Assembly (NCBI GenBank): GCA_036172245.1 | Contig: JAYWIR010000001.1 | Location: forward strand, 11,284,001-11,348,000 | Source of the DNA: Raillietiella orientalis | Taxonomy: Eukaryota | Reading direction: 5' to 3' | DNA: 64,000 nt | Shown here: positions 38,001-51,596 of the stretch, piece by piece | Position numbering within the stretch: the stretch's first letter is position 1 | Layout of the letters: every line of letters begins with the position of its first letter | Notes under the pieces: generated by a model | The model's input: only the letters and a program-made list of their open reading frames with translations | Databases searched by the model: none | Told to the model about the DNA's origin: nothing | Program-made: the position numbers and the translations under genes

Positions 38001-41000
38001 ACCTCGCGTTTCTCTCAGTCTCATCTTTTAAAAAAAAAAAGAAAGAAAAAACGGATTCGTCCCTTCGTTTTTATATTAAAAATGCTAAAAAAATACCGAG
38101 GATCACCAAAAAACTGTTAAAAATCACTGAAACTAAAAATCACTAGAAACCACTAAAAGGAAAACTCTAAAATAACTGCAGTCTTTTAGAAGAGCAACAA
38201 CCTCGTCCCATTTTTTTGCAGAGGCTGTGAGCCTCTCGCACGGTGTGTCGCGTCACGCGGTGTTTCCATGGGAACGAGCTTCCCTGAGACCGGAGCGTCG
38301 CCTGTATTTTCTAACAAATGAGTAACCGAACGTTTTTTTTTTTTTTTTTCAAAGGTGGAGGAAGAGAGAGAGAGAGAAAAAAAAATGCAGTAGCGCTGTG
38401 GAGGCTGGTAAGCCTGTCTCGTGTGTACCTCCTTCCCTCAGGAGGACAACACGGAAGACGTGACTCTCAGGAAGGAAACTTCTCGTGGATTTCCGTAGTG
38501 TCTGCCTTGCAGGCAGTTGTGGAGCCGCTTCTGTGTCCAGGTGAGGAGGAAAGCAACCACAGAGGGAGGGGGAGAGGGGGAACGGCGAAAAGCCCCCCCC
38601 CCGCGTGCAGAGGAGGAGGCTTCAGCAATAAGGCCAGCTCGAAGAGCCAACCACCCGAAAGTAGTGGGTTCCTCTGAAAAAAGGACTCTGATGGTTCTTC
38701 TTTTTCTACCAATTCTTCTCTTCCTTCCGAGTGCCTCAGAAATATGCCAGAGGAGCAGGGAGGGGAGAGCCAGCTCTGGTATCAGATTTTTCAAGCATGC
38801 CACTGGTACAGAGGAGCTGCGTCAAGAAAGCGAGGCTTCGGGAAGTCTACCCAATCGCAAGGACCAGTCTTCCGTGAGTTTCCTCGAACTTCTCTGGTGA
38901 CTCAGACATGACTGCGGAAGATCATACCTTCCCCTCTCGTTCTTGTTCTCATGCTGTTGTTGTTTTGTCTGGGCAAATTTTGTTTTTTTGACCGGCCGTT
39001 GACCAGTCTTCTGAAACGGCCAAGGCGGAATCGAAAATTCAGTGACCTGTCAAAGGAAGAAACCTGCAGCGGCGACCTGATAAGGATAGGATACTCGATG
39101 AGTCAATGTTAGCCTGTTTTGTTGACAATCGCTTGCTAATCAGGGGAAGTAACAGTAAACGCCCTTTGAGACTGGGAGATCAAGAAATGACGAACCTACT
39201 CAAGAAACAAGCGCAAGGAGTGCATCGTCATGGTAGCTTTATCCATCTTTTAAAGCTTCAGAGAAATCTGAAAACCGAATCTTCGCTTGAACCGAATCTG
39301 GTTTCGTTTCTGATTTTTTTTTCTTCTTAATATAAGGTTACGTCCTATCATGTGTCCTGACAGTATTAACAACAATGCTAACAGTATGAAAAAGAGCATC
39401 AAAAAACCCTGTAGGCATTTTGTTTAATAGCCTTCCAGATTCCTTATTTTTATTTTCCCTTGTATTTGCAAGTTTGTTTATTTGTTTTGTTTATTTATTT
39501 TGCAAGAAACGCAAAAAGAATTGCCTGGCATCCCCGACATGCACGCGTCCCTCTGAAAACCCGACTCGCGCAACAATGGAAACGCCGGTCCTTGTTGCCG
39601 CTGTTGCCCCGGCAACTTCGATGGACGCGGTCGAGATCCGTGCGAACGGGACGCCGTCGGCGAGCGCGTTCGCCCTGCCGGTGCGTCATATCGAATTGCC
39701 GTACGGAGTGCACCATGACCTTCGGTGAACGGAACGTGCACAGCTGACATGATGCACCGACCGCTTCCGTGTTTTCTTCCGCGACCGTCCACCTCCCTCC
39801 CTTCGAGCGTGGTGGGTTGTGTTTCGTTCTAAGCACGGAGTCGGGAGTGCGCGCGAACCTCCGAGAGAGCGACGCAGCTCCGGACAGTGTTCCCAGTCCG
39901 GAGGAAATTGGCGAGTAGGGAAGTGGGATGCCGTGCCGGCAGCATCTGCGACCTGTTTTCGCGCCAACCGAAATAGATCGCAGGACAAAACCATCAGCGC
40001 GGTGCCATCTCAGCTGAGCCCCGCGCCCTCGCGCCAGCACGTGCGAGCCGAGCATCCCGTATGCCCACTTCATGACGCCAGCGCCTCCTGGTGCTCGCCA
40101 CGCCAGCGTGGATGCGCTCGCGTGGAGGAAGAATGCGGTCCACTGGGAGCGCGCGCGTCATCGGAAGCGTTGGCGACGCAGCATCCGATCCCGCTGGCCA
40201 CCGACGCTGCTGTCGTGGACGACTGGACACAGAAGACGAGAGGGAGCTGCGCCGAGCAGCGGAGGAGGCGGCGATCCTCCTCCTCCTCTCGCGATGGGAA
40301 CACGTGAAGACGTGGGTGAAGGAGGAGGAGGCAGCCTCGCTGTTTCCGCTCGACGATGCGCGGCACACGTGACCACGCCGGCGGGAGGGACAGCGGCGCT
40401 TCCGTCGGCGGCGGTGCGCTGGCGTGACGCGGACCCGGCGGCGCTTGCGCCCTCGCTCGCTAACGGTGAACGGCAACGAAAACCGCCCGTGTTTTTGCCC
40501 CACTTTCGGCGTTCCCTGACGATTGCTCCCGATGACGCCGTGGCTCCGAGGCCTCCAGTCTCTTTGTTCGCAGCCCGATTTCCGCACCTCCGGGTCTCCT
40601 TCCGCAGCGTCGGGAGGGGGGGGGGGGGGGGGCGCACCGCTTGGCTGGTGCACAGGGGCGACTCGCGCTCATTCTGTCCCCAACCCTACCCACCGTTCCT
40701 GGCGTACGCGCTGCGGACGTGCGCTGGCTCGCGCGTTCCTCTTCCGCTACGGCTCAGTGGGGGAGGACGGGAGAAGCTTCCGTCCAGCTTCCGAGGAACC
40801 GTCCCCGACGACTCCGTTCGACCCGCGCCCACGACCGCACCTCCGGCCGGCGTCCGGTTTAACGACGGGCGACCAGCTCGGTGGGACGGGAAAGGGGGCG
40901 AGCGTCTGAGAGGGGTCCCCTCCGCGCGCATGCGGTGGTACGCGCTGCTGCTTACCTTCCGTGCTCTGACCGCGCGCCGCAGCTCCGCTTCGTTCGGCGT

Positions 41001-41396
41001 CCCGGAATTCTTTCGGTCCCGGTCGTCGGCTCGTCCGCCTCCAGTCCCGGTCGGGAGAGCCCTCCCTCGCTTCCGTTGCACCTGCGGCCGGAGGCGGGGC
41101 GCCCCCTTCTCCCTCATGCTCCCTACGGGGAACTTCCGGCGGATGGGGACATCCGACGCCGTCGGAGAACGGGCGCTCCTCCCCCTCCCCACCCCACTCT
41201 TCCCCCTCGTCCTCCCGAAATTCCGGTCTCGCTAGGAAGCAGAGGTGGCACCGCGCAAGCATTTTCTGTCCGGGACCTCCTCCCGCTAGGACTGCTCGTG
41301 AGGATGGGCGGTCGCGCGTCCGTGGACGGAAAGCAACGGCACGCGGGAAGAGAGAGAGAAGGGGGGAGGGAAGGGGGAAAAAAGGGGGCACCTACC

Positions 41397-42206
41397 GTCA
41401 GAGGGCACGCGCTGCTCGCTTCCTCGGACGTTCTCGAACTGCGCGCCGGTCACGCGGTCAGCCGGCGACTGCGCCCGCCCGGAGGACGGACGCCGTGATC
41501 CTGTTAGGCGAACTGCGTCCGTCCGCGGTGACCGGCTGCGCACGCCACCCTCTCCTCCCCTCGCGTAGCTCGCGGCGAAGGCCCCTGACCTGCGTTCGCG
41601 AACATTCCGGAGCGCCCTGCAGGTCAATCTATCCGAGGAAAAGCCTTCCTCGCCCGATGGCCTTCCGTGCTTCGGTCGCCCCCGTCCCCCTTCTGACCCC
41701 TGTCTCTCCCCCAGCACCTCGCGGACGCGGGGATCTGGATCCCTCCCCCGAACCCCGGAAGTCGCGGACACCTCCCACAGGAAGGGACGGAGCGCGCTGA
41801 AGAGCGACAGTTCGTCCCTGAGGCCGTCCACGCCCTCGGGCGGAGGCGGGCCGGGCACGAAGATGGGCATGGGGTAGCGGAGCAGCTGCATCCGCTCTTC
41901 CGCTGGAGAAACCCCCGTTCTCCCAGGGCCACCTGGCGCTTTCGTCACCGCGCCAGATGAAGCCAACCGGAAGCCCGCGGTTGGGGGAAAAAGGGGGGGA
42001 GACGATTTCTGCGAAGGTCACCCGCTGCCAGTGCTCACGTTCACGATCCTCGCTCGCGCTCGCGCTCGCGTCGGCAGCACTGACCGCAGACGAGTTTTGG
42101 GAACCGACTGCGAGCGTCCCTGCAAGGGATGGCGTCCCTTGTAACACGCCTGACCGGAGGGGTAAGCCGCCTCCTTACCTCTTCCTCTTTTCCCTGTTCC
42201 GCGCAT
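41397..42206 (-). CDS. Candidate multi-exon orphan gene, partial
   Basis: Strong donors GTAAGG (~42178) and GTAGGT (~41396), 59-nt and 46-nt introns, and a GC3-biased exon AEERMQLLRYPMPIFVPGPPPPEGVDGLRDELSLFSALRPFLWE. No homology recognised. Confidence 0.25.
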
Positions 42207-43726
42207 GTACGCGGCGGTTCTGGCACGCGCAAAGGACGCGTTGCCAGCAAAAGGACACCCAAAGGCAAGCCGATTCCCTCGGGACACGCGGACGGCATGG
42301 GATGAAGATGTGGCGGGAGGCAGTCGTTTTCGAGCGCGGACACTTGCCGATCCCCACCGCTCCGCGGTCCAACGCAGTGGTCGCTGGTCGATTGGCGTGC
42401 ACGACTTTCGTGGAAACAGCTCGGGTTGCAGCGTGAAAAGTGATGCCTGTGGCATGCGAAGCATTCGATCCATGCAGTTCACAACTGTACGCTCCCTGAG
42501 CACCCAAGAGTACGGGGCAGCCTATTCAGCTCGAGGACGATTAGAAAGGCCTATGGCCGGCTGGCAATGCGAATGGGCACCTAACGAACTTTCGAGGGGA
42601 GTTTTTTGTACCTGGCGGGATGACTTGCAGAACTGCAGGCATCAGGTTACATTCGAGCAAAACAAAGTCGCAGTTTAAAAGGATTCGCATAAACGAGACT
42701 GCTAATTTGTGCATTCTAAGTAGTTTAGTTATTGAATTCCTTTGATAGATCATTCTTATTCTAAATCATACAGAGAAAAACTTGGCCAGCATGAACTTTT
42801 ATGAATACCAAGCGATTCTGTATGGATGACACATTAATGAAAGTCATTTAGAAGGTTGTCATGCTATTTTGGCTCCTACAAAAGCGATTTCTCAAAAATT
42901 CAAGTGTCTAGGAAGTGGGAATTTTAGCATTACTCCTATAGGTAAAGTTTTCTTGCCATGAGCATGCAAAGATCTTCAAAAAATTTTTATTATGCCTGCT
43001 TTTGCTGAGTGATGCATACCACAACAGAAGCACTCGAACAAATCTTGAAATCGGACTACAAGGATAAGCTCGGAATTATCCAAGGCAGCGGATGCATATT
43101 CTCAGTAAAGATTATTTATCACAGTATCTTTTTCATGAAAATCACGCGGAGTTTTCGATTTCGGAGTAAAGCTATAGGTAGATGCCATAGGGGATGGGGA
43201 GGAGGAGGGAGGAAGGAAATCTGTGTTCCCATGAACCGAAATCTATGCAGAAAAATAATCGTTTTTTTTTTTTCGTTTTTGGAGTTTCTCTCGTACTAAG
43301 ATTCCCAGGTAGGACGCACGCGCTATTACGATGCCTTTTCAGAGAGTTTATAGTTTCATACCACACACTGTCCATTTCAAAAGCAATTCGGGCTTGTAAC
43401 CCTTATTTCGGGACTTAGTGTTCTGGACCTGGAACGCAATCCCAAAGATCGCCCAAGAAGTACTCTCCAGTCACAAACACAAGTGAACACTTTCAGCACA
43501 ATCCGTTATACGAACAAGCAGCGGCTTTCCTAATCTTGAAAGTACATAACAAGGATGCTTCAATCAGAAACTTATTAAAAATTGCCAAACGATTGGCAAT
43601 GCTTTCTTGGAATCTCGCGCTTCTATTCGAAGATACAGTAAATGCCCATCATAGCACAAAGAACAATGACTAGAAGCTTTGCAAGTGAAATACATTATTC
43701 TTGTGTACATTGCTCGAGTGATTGCC

Positions 43727-46700
43727 ATGGAACAAGAGAAGGTATCCGTCGTATTGTCAATTGCAGAAGGTATGGTTTAAAGTTTTCTTAAGTTACTTTG
43801 TCGACAAAGTAATCGTGAAATACGTTGTGCATAAAACTGGAATGTTTGAGTAGTTTGGTTTAGTAGTGAGTAACGACAAAAATGTAAGTGACTTCAATGC
43901 ACGCAGTGCTCTGTAAGTTCATTAGTAATTCGTTTAGCACTCCGGAATTAGGATTCTGTTATAGAAATTATCAGATTGCATCATAAAAATTTGTATCTTA
44001 CTGTGAAACTATGAAATAGGTCGCTACTTTGATCCATTGGAGGACAGAGGAAAATGGAATTTTCTTATAGAAGCGAAACTGGATTCGTTTATCATGTTTT
44101 CAAATCCTATTCCAATAGAGCAAGTGAGCAATTTGAACACAGAGTTGGTGTGGAACATAGATAAGAAAACGTTTCACAGGTGAGTGCTGCCTATCTTTCT
44201 GAAACGGATTTTTTTGCACTATGTTTGTGCAACGTTCGTTATGAAATCAGATTACTTTGTTGTGATCATTACCATTTCAGAAACTGTTTTTCAAGATTGC
44301 CATTAGTTTGGCATAATCTTTCTGGATTCTTTGATTATGCATTTTATTGGAAAACTGTGTGTGTATTCAGGTCATTAATTGATTCACGAAGTTAGTAAAT
44401 TAGTTAATTCAGTTTTTCACTTATGAGTTATTAGTTCAGTATTTGTAGTTCCAACTACATATTCTGTAACTAATGCATGAGCCAATGTTCTCAGTATTTG
44501 AAAATGGACTGTTTATTTGTAGTTGTGGATTGAAATATTGTTTATTTATGTTTTTCAATCGTTTTTTTGTTCCATCAAAGTAAACCTGGCTGTAATATTT
44601 AAAAGCCATCTACTGTACTGTGTTATATAATTCCACATAATAGCTCCCTCAAGTTTGTAGTGTAAACTCCAAGTTTATGTTGTTTGCAGCTGAAGTATTT
44701 GGTTTGATTTTATTCCTTGAGCTCTTAATTTCAATTATTTCATGCTTATTATCAGCATTGATCTCATTTGATGAGTGCCTTTCCTTATTTATGCACTGCT
44801 TGTGATAACAAGTTTTCTGCAGATAACCCCTGTTCAGACTGTGAATTTGCTACTGAAAGTATGTTTATGCTTGTAGATTAAAATTGGACAAATGCCCACT
44901 GAGAGTCACCTGTTTTAAAGTCCATGTGAAAAATTCCAAACAACAAAAGATGGTTGGATACTTAATATTGGATGTACGATCAGCCATAAATCTGGATGAG
45001 AAGGAGGTGATTAGTAGTAAACCTGGTTCTTTAAGATTTCTGAACTTAAATAAATTTTAATTTTTATTCCAGATGGAATTCAAGTGGACCAGGCTTTTGG
45101 GTACAAAATACAAAAAAGGATTCTCTCCTCCTGAAATATTTTTTTGCGTGAGCACTTGCAAAATTAACTGTCCTAAAGTATGCAGTTTTTGTTCTAATGT
45201 GTACCTGGTTTGTTATTTATGATTCTTATTAGAGAGACTTGATGCACCCGTCAGTAAAAAGATTCACACATTACAAACCAGAAAGAATTTCATCTACTTG
45301 TGTGAACCCAGTTGCATGCCATGCTCCTCCATCTTCCAGTAGGGGTGATGTGATGGTAACATTAAAGGAAGATCAAGGTTGTTTTCAACTTGGTTCTGGC
45401 AGTTCTGATGAATCACAATTCCTTTTTCGTGTGACCATCCAACATGTTTGGTGCTTAGAGCAAGTGAGCTATTTCATTATAAGTGATTCTTGATTGTGCA
45501 GTTCAGCTTGCTTCATGGGTGGACTCTCTTCCTCCTGGAGGAAAATTCCATTTTTGCTTTCCCTTATTTGGTTCTGATGTATGCACTGAAGCTTTTGAGA
45601 ATCTTAAAGAACCTGATTTTGTGGCAGAACAAGTATCTGCTAAAGTCCGCAGCCAGTGGGTTTACCTGCAAACTTTCTTGAGGCAGCAAGCTCATCTTAG
45701 TATTTCTTTGTATTACAACGAGATTCTAGTTGCTAAATCAAAAGTAGAACTTCAGCCTTTGACGTGTTTAGAAATTTGGGAGTGTGGGAAACAGCAGTTG
45801 ACACTGGAGGGAAAATTTCCTCTCCTACCTGTGCAAGAAAACAGCTCCTGCTTAAGTAAAGATTCTCCTTCCATAAGTGTGCTCATAGAGTTGCTGCTCT
45901 TGAAGAATGGAGCAAGGGAACCTGAAACTGTGTGCAACCATGAGTGCTCAGATGTGGGCAGTTTTGCTGACTGCAAAGATCTACAGTTTCCTGTTTGTGA
46001 TAGTAATTTGAAAGAACCTTTTGTGAATCCCAGTACCAGCTGTCAGACTGCACTAACTCAAGATGGTGCTTCCATTGAAAAACCTGTTTCTCATCAGCCA
46101 CCACACCCTTTAACCTGTGTGTCTCAGCATTCAGCCAATCCTGACAATCCTGAATCATTATTTAAGCACATCTCTTCTAGGCTGCCCCTGTGGAATGAAC
46201 TCCAGCAATACACTGTGAGGATTGAAGTACACAGTGTGCACCTTGAGGAGCATACAACTGGATGCGTTGCACTTAGGTAAAGGCATATAGTCCATTTGTC
46301 CAGAATGCTGAACTATGGAATATCTTTCTAGGTATTTTTACCCATTGTTCTTGCTGGATAGCATTATCAGTCCAGTAGGTGGAATAAGGGAATTTGCCAT
46401 TGTTTGCTATCCTGAAGATTTAGTTGATATCTTTTCTCAGCACTTGCTGATAGTTTATGTATTCATGGATGGCCAGGATAAACAACAGACTCTTTTGGGG
46501 AGAAGTGAATTTTGTCTTGAGACTTTGTTAACTGTGCCAAGTTCCCGTATCCAGGTGTGCGATTATTCCCTAATTTTTTTTTGTGTGTAAACATTGATTT
46601 TTTAGAAGTCATCTAGCTTGTGTTATAGGAGTGTAAAAGAACTCAGGCAACCGATTGTGGGAATCAAGGAAGCAGTAGTGGGCTGGGTTACTCTTGTGTT

Positions 46701-47742
46701 CATTTTGGATGACTGTGGTAGTACCAGCTTGCCAATTAAACACGAACATATCCCAGAAACGATGTTGAGCTCTGCTATCCGAGAGCTGGAAGCATGGAAA
46801 TTGCAACAGAAATCATCCTTTAAGAAGCAGGTTTGGGTCACTCATTTCTATAAGGGAATGAAAAGGAAATTTCAGTTGGAAAAGTGCTCCACAGAGCATA
46901 TGGAAAGATTGACTGAGGAATGGGTGCTGTTGGAGTCGCAGCGTGAAGCTGAATTTCAACAGAAGCACGAGTCTTGGAAAGCTCAGCAGCAGGAGTTAAC
47001 TCTTGCCATCAAAGAAGTGGAAGAAAAGACAAAGGAATTGAATTCATTGAAGCAGGAGGTTTGTTGACCCAAAGGAAACAAGTTATGCTTGTGGGTCACT
47101 AGATGCAAGCTGGAAGTGAATGCTGGAAACAAAAGATTGAAAGTGCAACAAAGATCATTAAGTCATTGGAAGATGAGTTAGCTGCAACCCAGCAGCATGC
47201 TGATGCCCTCCAGAAGGATCTCAACCAGTGCATCCAACAACGGACTGTTTTTCAGGAAGAAGTACAGTCCCTCGAGTCCAAGCTCATTTTAAAACAGCAG
47301 CAGATGGAAAAAAAATTGCTGCTTTGTTCCCATGAAATGGAGCTCCTGAATCGTGAGAAGGTTTTTTTTTTTTTTTTTGTTCTCCCTCTCTCTCTTTTTC
47401 GTCTTGCCGTGAAGTTTGCATAGTAATGGGATTTTTTTTTTTCCCCCCCCCTTCTCTTAGGACGAGCTGCAAAAGAAGTATGAAAAAGTACACCAAAGTA
47501 AACAAAAACTGAAACTGCAGCTCTTCCAGAAGATGCACGTACACTCCGTGTCTCCGGCAAACACCATTCCCCAGGAACATGAGCAACCCGTGTGCCCCGA
47601 TGGGACACAACAGCCCGTACCTCATCTGCAACAGGAAAGGGATGCTCTGATGAACACAGGGTCGTACGCTGCCGATGATCGGCTGATCTCCCTGCTCAAC
47701 AAGCACATTGCCGATTTGCAACTCGAAGGTCATCCTAGTTGA
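43727..47742 (+). CDS. CEP120: Centrosomal protein of 120 kDa
   Basis: MEQEKVSVVLSIAEG|RYF...LIEAKLD...NTELVWNIDKKTFHR|LKLDKCPLRVTCF...VGYLILDVRSA matches the CEP120 C2A domain. C2B has FLFRVTI...F.TEAFENL..PDFVAEQVSAKVRS. Then AIRELEAWK, a coiled coil, and C-terminal LQQERDALMNTGSYAADDRLISLLNKHI (CEP120: LIEERDTLMRTGVY..EDRIISELDRQI). About 11 exons. Confidence 0.9.
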
Positions 47743-50519
47743 AAGAAATCGGTGCCCCCCTTGCGGCATCGGCCACTGCTAGTGTTGCAGCGCGGAGCAC
47801 GTCGAGAGTACGGCCACGTTGGCTTCGCACGCACGCACCGCAGATGTTACGCCGGAGGGCCGCGCACGGGATCGCACGTCGTCCGGACGGGAATTCTCAG
47901 CAAAGCACGCCGATGCTACACGTTGAAAATCGTTCTCGTAGTCGCAATTCACCGTAAATGCGCTTCTGATTCATGAGGAAAAATAAAAGCAACTCATCTT
48001 TTTTTTCGGTGCATAGGTGTTTGAAGTTTCTTGTGAGTGCGGGGTTCAAGAAATCAGTAAGAGGCTTTTTTAGTGCTGATCCGGTTTTCCAAAGTTTGGA
48101 TTTTTGGAGCGTGTGCAATTCGTGCCCGCAAGCCATGGCGAAGCCGTTCCGACTTGGTGACCAATAAGTGGAGTACGCGGGATGTGTGCACTGCTGGTCT
48201 GCAGGGGTGCCGAGGTCGCACGCGCCTCTGGATCTCCAGTTCTTCGGGTGAGGTGCGTGCTTTGCAGGTTTAGGTTTCCACCATTTTGTAGATGCGTGGA
48301 GCTCCGTCCGCGTTGCCACCAGAGACGGAGCCGGGTTTCAAGCGATCTCTGGGCAGACCTCAGCCCTGTGGTGGTGGTCGCTCAACGAGGCGAACTTCGT
48401 CTCGAAATCACCAAACACTGGACGGGACTTCACCGCGACTGTGATTTTTCACATAAACTGGAAAAGAGGAAAGAAGGAATACTGCGGGTTGATCGGCAGA
48501 CCTCGTGGCGTTGCGCTGTAGGGTTTACGCAATCTGGTGGTGCTTTCTTTTGCTATTTGCCCTTGGTGTTCCCGCTTCCTGCTTTCCGTACTTCCCTCGC
48601 ACCGAAACTGGGCGAGAGAAGGCAAAGGGGGAAAATTCGTCAACCATGGAATTCGCCTGAGGGCGGAAGCGGGTCAGCTGTCTTCCGGGGAACGCGAGGA
48701 AGTAAATAAATCCCGGAGACCGGCAGGTGCGTTGCGAGCGCATTTCGCGTGAAAGACGGAAGACGGCCGGTAGCCAAGGCGACGAAGCAGCAGCGACGAT
48801 CGCGAAGCGTGCCGTGCGCGTGAATCCTGCCGCGCGCAGCGACCGGCGGGAGCACGCTAATGGCACCAAATGGCTCCTCTCAAGCGGCGAAGAACATTAT
48901 CCTTGGTTACGAATAACCACAGTTGCTTCGAGGTTAATTTGCCTTCTTGAAATTCGGAAATTTTGTTGGGCGTAGAGCGAAGCTGCCTGGATCTAAGCTG
49001 CTCTCTAAAAAACACAGTTTGCTCTGATTGTTTTTTTTTTTTTTTTTTCTTCCGTTGCCCGGATGAGCCATGGCAATGAAAAATGGAGCTCGAGCAGCAG
49101 CAGTTTGCTCGAAGCAACTCTTCAAGACTTCCTTTTCGAAATGAGATGTGACGATGATTCTATGCTCATTTATAGGGAGGAGAAGAAGTGTGACAAGCAC
49201 GGATCCTTGCGGAGTATCAACGAAGGTACATAGAGGGACAGCGATGTACAGAAAAAGGGGAAAGCATTACGTATTCGCGTGGAACAATGCAGAATAGGGG
49301 ATGAAGCCCTCTATAGACCGGTGTCACTTTGAAGTCACATACTAATATATCGAGATCTTATCGATTTAGTTAATTTTTTACTGCAAGGTAGCACGCACAT
49401 CTTGTTGTATAACGTCTCCTTGTGTAACCAACAACAGTCTTGGTAACGGATGTCAACTCGAACCCGAGATCTCGAGGTGAATGCTTTTGCAAGTTGTCCA
49501 GTACAGATGAAAGTTGTACGAACCATCCTGTACAGTCATCATTGTCTTTCGTTCTATCGGGTTTCGACAAACAAGAAAAAGCCTACGTAGTAGCTCTTGG
49601 TTTGTACATCAATAATCTCTTATTCGTCTGCACTGAAGCAATCATTTTGTTCTATTTTTTTCACACGATACAGCATTGTGACTTTCAAGCCACAAGGAGC
49701 TATAGCGGTGGGATTCGGTGTATCAACCGCTGTAGATGAACAATTTCAAGAGGAGAAGAAAAGTGCAACACTTCCAGTCCAAAACGTGCGAAAAGATGAA
49801 ACAGCGCCAATTGGCCAATCTTTTCGGGCAAGAGAGGACGCTGCAAAAATCCAGGATAAGCAAAGGAGTCCCCAAAATAAAATCTTCCAACTGCAACGTC
49901 CATCCATGTTGAACGTAGAGGTTCAAGAGCTAAACAGTGGGATGCTTATTCTACGAAAGGTGGACTTTCTTCAGGGTGGGTGTGAAATTTCCCGGCCGTC
50001 AGGAATGGCGGAGCGCAGTCGGCGAGCAAAAATCTGAATGCAGCCTTGACCGGGATGTTTCCGGCCCACCTTCGTGGATTTGCTCGGGCAAATCCTTCAT
50101 GGCTGGGGTGGAGGACCTTGGCGCCGGTTTGCTGGCGCTCGATACAGGAAGCACTCGAGGGCGTCTCCCGGACGAAAAGAAAACAGCTGCGAGCATCTGA
50201 GGCTAGAAGAAAGCATGACAAAGAGGAGACTTAAAATCGAATTCTGAGGGAGGGGAACACAAGATGCTCAGTGTGATCTTAGCAAAAGAAATAACGATGC
50301 CGTCAAAGTACAGCAAGATTTATGATGGGGGATAGAGATGGTCCTCCTTTTTTCCCTTCTTTTTCCTGCTTTTCCTTAATTGGAGAGTAAGAACTTGTTG
50401 GCCTCCTTGCGGAAGACGCCGAAGTTCCAAGGGAACCGGGAGAACCAAAGTCACGGAGGAATGTGATGATAGTGAAAGACGGTTCAAAATCCCGAATGAT
50501 CCTTAAAATAAAAATACCA

Positions 50520-51580
50520 TTAGTACGTATAAAAAGCCCTGTTTTCATACATATATGAATATTACATATAAAGTGATATATATTATACACATCATAAAAA
50601 TAAATGCTGTGCTTGTGTATATATTTATAGATTCATATACAAATTCATTTTAACATACATATGCATAATTATTTATTAACATACATATTAATATAATTAA
50701 TGTGTTTATTGTACATTAATAGGATTAATATATTTATTTTATTTATATGTATATATATGTATTACAAAGATTATGAAAAATACATCGTTTCTTATATGTA
50801 TTAATATGTATATTGATATGCAAATTTCCATATAGATACACAAAACTATGTTAACATACAGCTTCATTATATAATGAATTGTATGCAGTGCAATATGTGG
50901 TGAAGATTAGAAAAGTAAACATTGATTATGTACATCACTACATATTTATATATATAATGAATATATATACTTAATGAATTTGGAATTTCAAAAAATGAAA
51001 AATGATCCTGACAATTAAAAATAGAGAAAAAAATACAATAAAAAAGCGAACAAATTCAAAAAAGAAATTTCGTATTTCCTTTTCCTATCCTTTTCAACAC
51101 CCAACGAACGAAATGGCGAATCCTGTTTTCGGGATTCTGACCGTGGGTAAAAAGATATGTTTATAATTCGACATTTACATATTCATTTCATATATTTATG
51201 ACATGTATAAATCTATATTAGTATGCATAGTGAACATATTTTTAATTAGATTAATATCTATACTAAACCTACATTATTCTCTTAATAATGTACATCAATC
51301 TAGACATGAATATGCATATTAATATAAACACATGTTATTCTTAGAATCGTTATAATGCGTGTTATTCTGTATGCAAATATATATATATATAATAACCATA
51401 TTGATTATGTTAAATATTAACAAACATGTGTATTAAAAGAAATTTGCATACGAAATTATGCCTAAGTATATACATATATTAATATGCATACGCATATTGT
51501 TTTTTTATAATCTTCATAATGCATATCACTATATCTTAATCTATAGCAAATGTTCGTACTAAAATGCATGAAGACCATGT
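50520..51580. repeat. Very AT-rich degenerate repeat blocks with internal inverted similarity
   Basis: Abrupt AT-rich island; 50755-50827 resembles the reverse complement of 51440-51526. Confidence 0.55.
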
Positions 51581-51596
51581 TTATTCTTTTTCTTAG

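Noticed and set aside
38281..38291. TCCCTGAGACC, matching the 5' end of miR-125 (similarly TAAGGCACGC at 58810 for miR-124)
   Set aside because: Matches end after 10-11 nt and no precursor hairpin is evident.
36000..41300. Many overlapping 200-390 aa ORFs on both strands
   Set aside because: Arg/Pro/Gly/Ser-rich frames expected from stop-codon scarcity in GC-rich DNA; no domain motifs seen.
44768..44856. Possible C/D box snoRNA in CEP120 intron 2 (TTGATGA...ATTTGCTA-CTGA)
   Set aside because: Imperfect C box, only about 8 nt of plausible 28S complementarity, no terminal stem, and D box only 20 nt from the 3' splice site. snoscan or Infernal would settle it.
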